Of a stretch of 24,855 nucleotides of DNA, positions 22,677-24,855 are shown piece by piece. Origin of the DNA: a virus. Taxonomy: Duplodnaviria > Caudoviricetes. Numbering within the stretch: position 1 is the first letter of the stretch; each line of letters starts with the position of its first letter. The translations under genes and the position numbers were made by a program. The notes under the pieces are model-generated. The model saw nothing but the letters and a program-made list of their open reading frames with translations, ran no database searches and was not told the origin of the DNA. The stretch is taken from the IMG/VR virus record IMGVR_UViG_3300025392_000121, positions 1 through 24,855 of that record. One strand, written 5' to 3'.

Positions 22677-24155
22677 TTAACCGCGAAGAATACGCTTGGC
22701 GTCGGCTTCGGCTTCGATTGCCTTAGCCATATAGCCGTTCTTCAACGACGGTTCGGTTACTTGCTCGGACAGCGCGCGGAATCGTGCGGCCTCTGCTTGT
22801 AAACGTTCAGCGTCGGCCGACTTAGCGGTCTGCGCTTGTGTTGCCCGGAGGACTGGTCCGCCCGGCGTTGCCATCTCGCGAATCTCGTCGAGTTCGGACT
22901 TCAGCGCGGTAACGCTCTTCTCCGTCTCGGCAATAATCGCCTTGTAGGTGGCAATCTCTTCGTCTACGCCTAGAGCCTTCCGAATCTCTACGCGCAGTTC
23001 GTTCTTAATCTCGTCGGTCGCGTCCTCGAGGGTCGCGCTCTTAATCAGGTCGGCAGATACGCCTAGTCCGATATAAGCCATTGAGTCATCTCCTTGTTGT
23101 TCGACTTCGCTCTCTGCGAAGGGTTCGACTGTCTCGTTCTCGTCTGCTTCTCCATCCCACCAGCAGAGGAATAAGTCGAGAGCCATTAGAAGACGAGTGA
23201 TGTCGTTAGTCTCGTTATCTTCCCCTGCGGCCATCTCGTCGAGTTCGGCCTTAATGAGTTCGATAAGAGAAGTACGAACCGCGTTAAGCGTCTTAGGGTC
23301 GTGTTCCATCTTCTCTACGTCGGATTCGGTAAGCGACTTAAGAGCGTCGGCAATAGCCGGAATGCGACTCTCCTTCTTCTCGACTTCACCTTCGACGGCC
23401 TTACCGTCTTCGCGGTGTTCAGTCTCGTTAACTCCCTGAATCTGCGCTGGCATATCGGGAGCGTGTCCGGAACCGTCGCAGACTGCGCAAGGCTCGTTCG
23501 TGTCGACCATCGCACCGAGACCGTTACAAGCCGGGCAAAGTTTGACGGCAGGGTAAGGGTCTTCTCCGTCCTTGTGCGACGCGTCTTCGTTAACGATTAC
23601 GTCTTGTTGCATAACCGTTGGTCCGTGTCCGCGTTGCGTATCGGGAATAAGTTCTTCGAGTTCGATTCCCTTCGAGACGAACTCTAACTCTCCACCTTCG
23701 ACGGCCTTAGCAATCTCGACGGTAGCGGTAGGGTTCGCAGGACGGTCGACGAGCGACACCTCAACGATTTGACCGGCAACGATTCGACCGTTAGGAGCAG
23801 ACTCGTCCTTAACGATTCGCGCTCCCTTGATTCCGATTGAGTAACCCTTAAGGACACCCTTCTCGACTTTAAGAGCAGTAACCGGGTCGACGACTTCGGA
23901 CTTAAGCATCCAGTCGTCACCTTCGGCTGATAGTTCGATTCCGACACCTGCGGCGATGTTCGAGTGCTGTTCGCGTACGTTTGCTCCGGTCGCCATCCAT
24001 TGAGGCATAGCGGTCTTTAACCAAGACTCGTCGCATATCTGTTGGTCGAGGTCGAGGTCTGGTCCCGTCGCCTTGCCGTATACGAATAGTGAACCGTCGT
24101 CGGCCTTCTTAAACGTAAGACCGTCGAATCCGACGTAAGTGATGTCGTGTGCCAT
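22677..24155 (-). CDS. Prohead protease fused to scaffold
   Basis: VYGKAT..DLD.Q, REQH, GVLKGYSIG, EVSLVDRPANP; acidic coiled-coil C-terminal half. Confidence 0.9.
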   Translation of the reverse strand: MAHDITYVGFDGLTFKKADDGSLFVYGKATGPDLDLDQQICDESWLKTAMPQWMATGANVREQHSNIAAGVGIELSAEGDDWMLKSEVVDPVTALKVEKGVLKGYSIGIKGARIVKDESAPNGRIVAGQIVEVSLVDRPANPTATVEIAKAVEGGELEFVSKGIELEELIPDTQRGHGPTVMQQDVIVNEDASHKDGEDPYPAVKLCPACNGLGAMVDTNEPCAVCDGSGHAPDMPAQIQGVNETEHREDGKAVEGEVEKKESRIPAIADALKSLTESDVEKMEHDPKTLNAVRTSLIELIKAELDEMAAGEDNETNDITRLLMALDLFLCWWDGEADENETVEPFAESEVEQQGDDSMAYIGLGVSADLIKSATLEDATDEIKNELRVEIRKALGVDEEIATYKAIIAETEKSVTALKSELDEIREMATPGGPVLRATQAQTAKSADAERLQAEAARFRALSEQVTEPSLKNGYMAKAIEAEADAKRILRG

Positions 24156-24177
24156 TAAGTAACTCCTCTAAGACTGT

Positions 24178-24855
24178 TTATGAGACTACACCGAGAACGG
24201 TGCAACGGCAACCCGGGTGTCCCGGTGGAACGTCGTCTCCGATTTGGTGAGGGTTCGCTTCGTCCATCGCTTGGCAATATTCGCAAGCACCTTCGTAGAT
24301 TAGCCACGTAAACTCCGTAAGTCCTGCGGCTTGGTATTGGTCTACTGCCGCAGTATTGTACGCGCGGTTCGTCTCCGTTACCGCAATAGTCATAGCCTTA
24401 CTCTTCGACTCGACTACGTCCTTAATCGACGACGCGATTACCTTCGCCGGGTCTCCGTTAGTAAGTCCTTGCTTAATCGTCTCTGCGATTCGGTCGACTC
24501 CGGTCTTACCTATCTTCCGGATTCCGACCTTAAGTTCTTGGAGCGTATCTTTAAGCGCGCCTCTATCGAGTAACGAGGCCGCAAGAGGAGAACCGGGTTC
24601 CCAAGTGTTCCAATCGAAGTTAACCGCTCCCTGCGCTAACTCTCCGGCTATCGAGGCCTTCGCTCCGAGTTCCTTAATCGCGAGTGCGGTTCCGACGTAA
24701 CCGGAATCCATATAGACGGATTCGAGAACTGTCTTAAGCGGAGTCTCGTCGAACTTAACGTTCTGCGCTACCGCGATTCGTGCCGCAGACTTATCCGCTT
24801 CGGGAGACTTCGTCGACGACGTTGCTTGCGCTATCGCTTCTTCGATTCCGGTGAA
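24178..24855 (-). CDS. MuF/SPP1-gp7-like minor head protein (5' end outside window)
   Basis: IAVTETNRAYN, CEYC, PPGHPGCRC; frame is open up to 24855. Confidence 0.88.
   Translation of the reverse strand, partial: FTGIEEAIAQATSSTKSPEADKSAARIAVAQNVKFDETPLKTVLESVYMDSGYVGTALAIKELGAKASIAGELAQGAVNFDWNTWEPGSPLAASLLDRGALKDTLQELKVGIRKIGKTGVDRIAETIKQGLTNGDPAKVIASSIKDVVESKSKAMTIAVTETNRAYNTAAVDQYQAAGLTEFTWLIYEGACEYCQAMDEANPHQIGDDVPPGHPGCRCTVLGVVS

Larger units (their letters stand above)
1..24855 (-). mobile_element. Tailed phage (siphovirus-like) genome segment, probable actinobacterial host
   Basis: Co-oriented head, neck, tail, lysis and replication genes with many TAATG/ATGA overlaps; WhiB present. 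Confidence 0.97.

Noticed and set aside
22664-22680. AGGGGTTAGGGGTT telomere/G-quadruplex-like repeat before the capsid gene
   Set aside because: Only two G-runs; more likely an unstructured translation spacer
1-24855. Alternative genetic code or stop-codon recoding
   Set aside because: Standard code gives full-length, tightly packed genes, and TAA, TAG and TGA all end genes

Overview
Most of a compact tailed-phage (siphovirus-type) genome or prophage, with every credible gene on the minus strand. WhiB, an actinophage-type holin and apparently leaderless promoters point to an actinobacterial host. Reading right to left in transcription order: (1) head genes: MuF-like protein (5' truncated), prohead protease-scaffold fusion, major capsid protein. 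(2) Neck and tail genes: adaptor, tail terminator, tail tube, tail assembly chaperone with a -1 frameshift, HK97-gp10-like protein, tape measure, a large modular minor tail protein. (3) A first lysis block: NlpC/P60 hydrolase and two membrane proteins. (4) A fibre-like cluster. (5) A separately promoted metallophosphoesterase cassette. (6) Holin plus a permuted NlpC/P60 enzyme, then a terminator. (7) An early cassette of four unknown genes. (8) A replication/recombination operon: HTH, SSAP, RHH, SSB, WhiB, initiator with internal iterons, HNH, VRR-NUC. No integrase, terminase, portal, tRNA or CRISPR was seen. Most notable: the same ~80-aa domain is inserted in both the capsid protein and the minor tail protein; beta-domains are nested inside one another in that tail protein; a 21-aa ORF matches the repeat unit of the neighbouring fibre protein; a DnaA box lies on a phage promoter; a promoter-leader hairpin is repeated; and several palindromes are strongly avoided. 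All family calls come from motif recognition by eye, not database searches.
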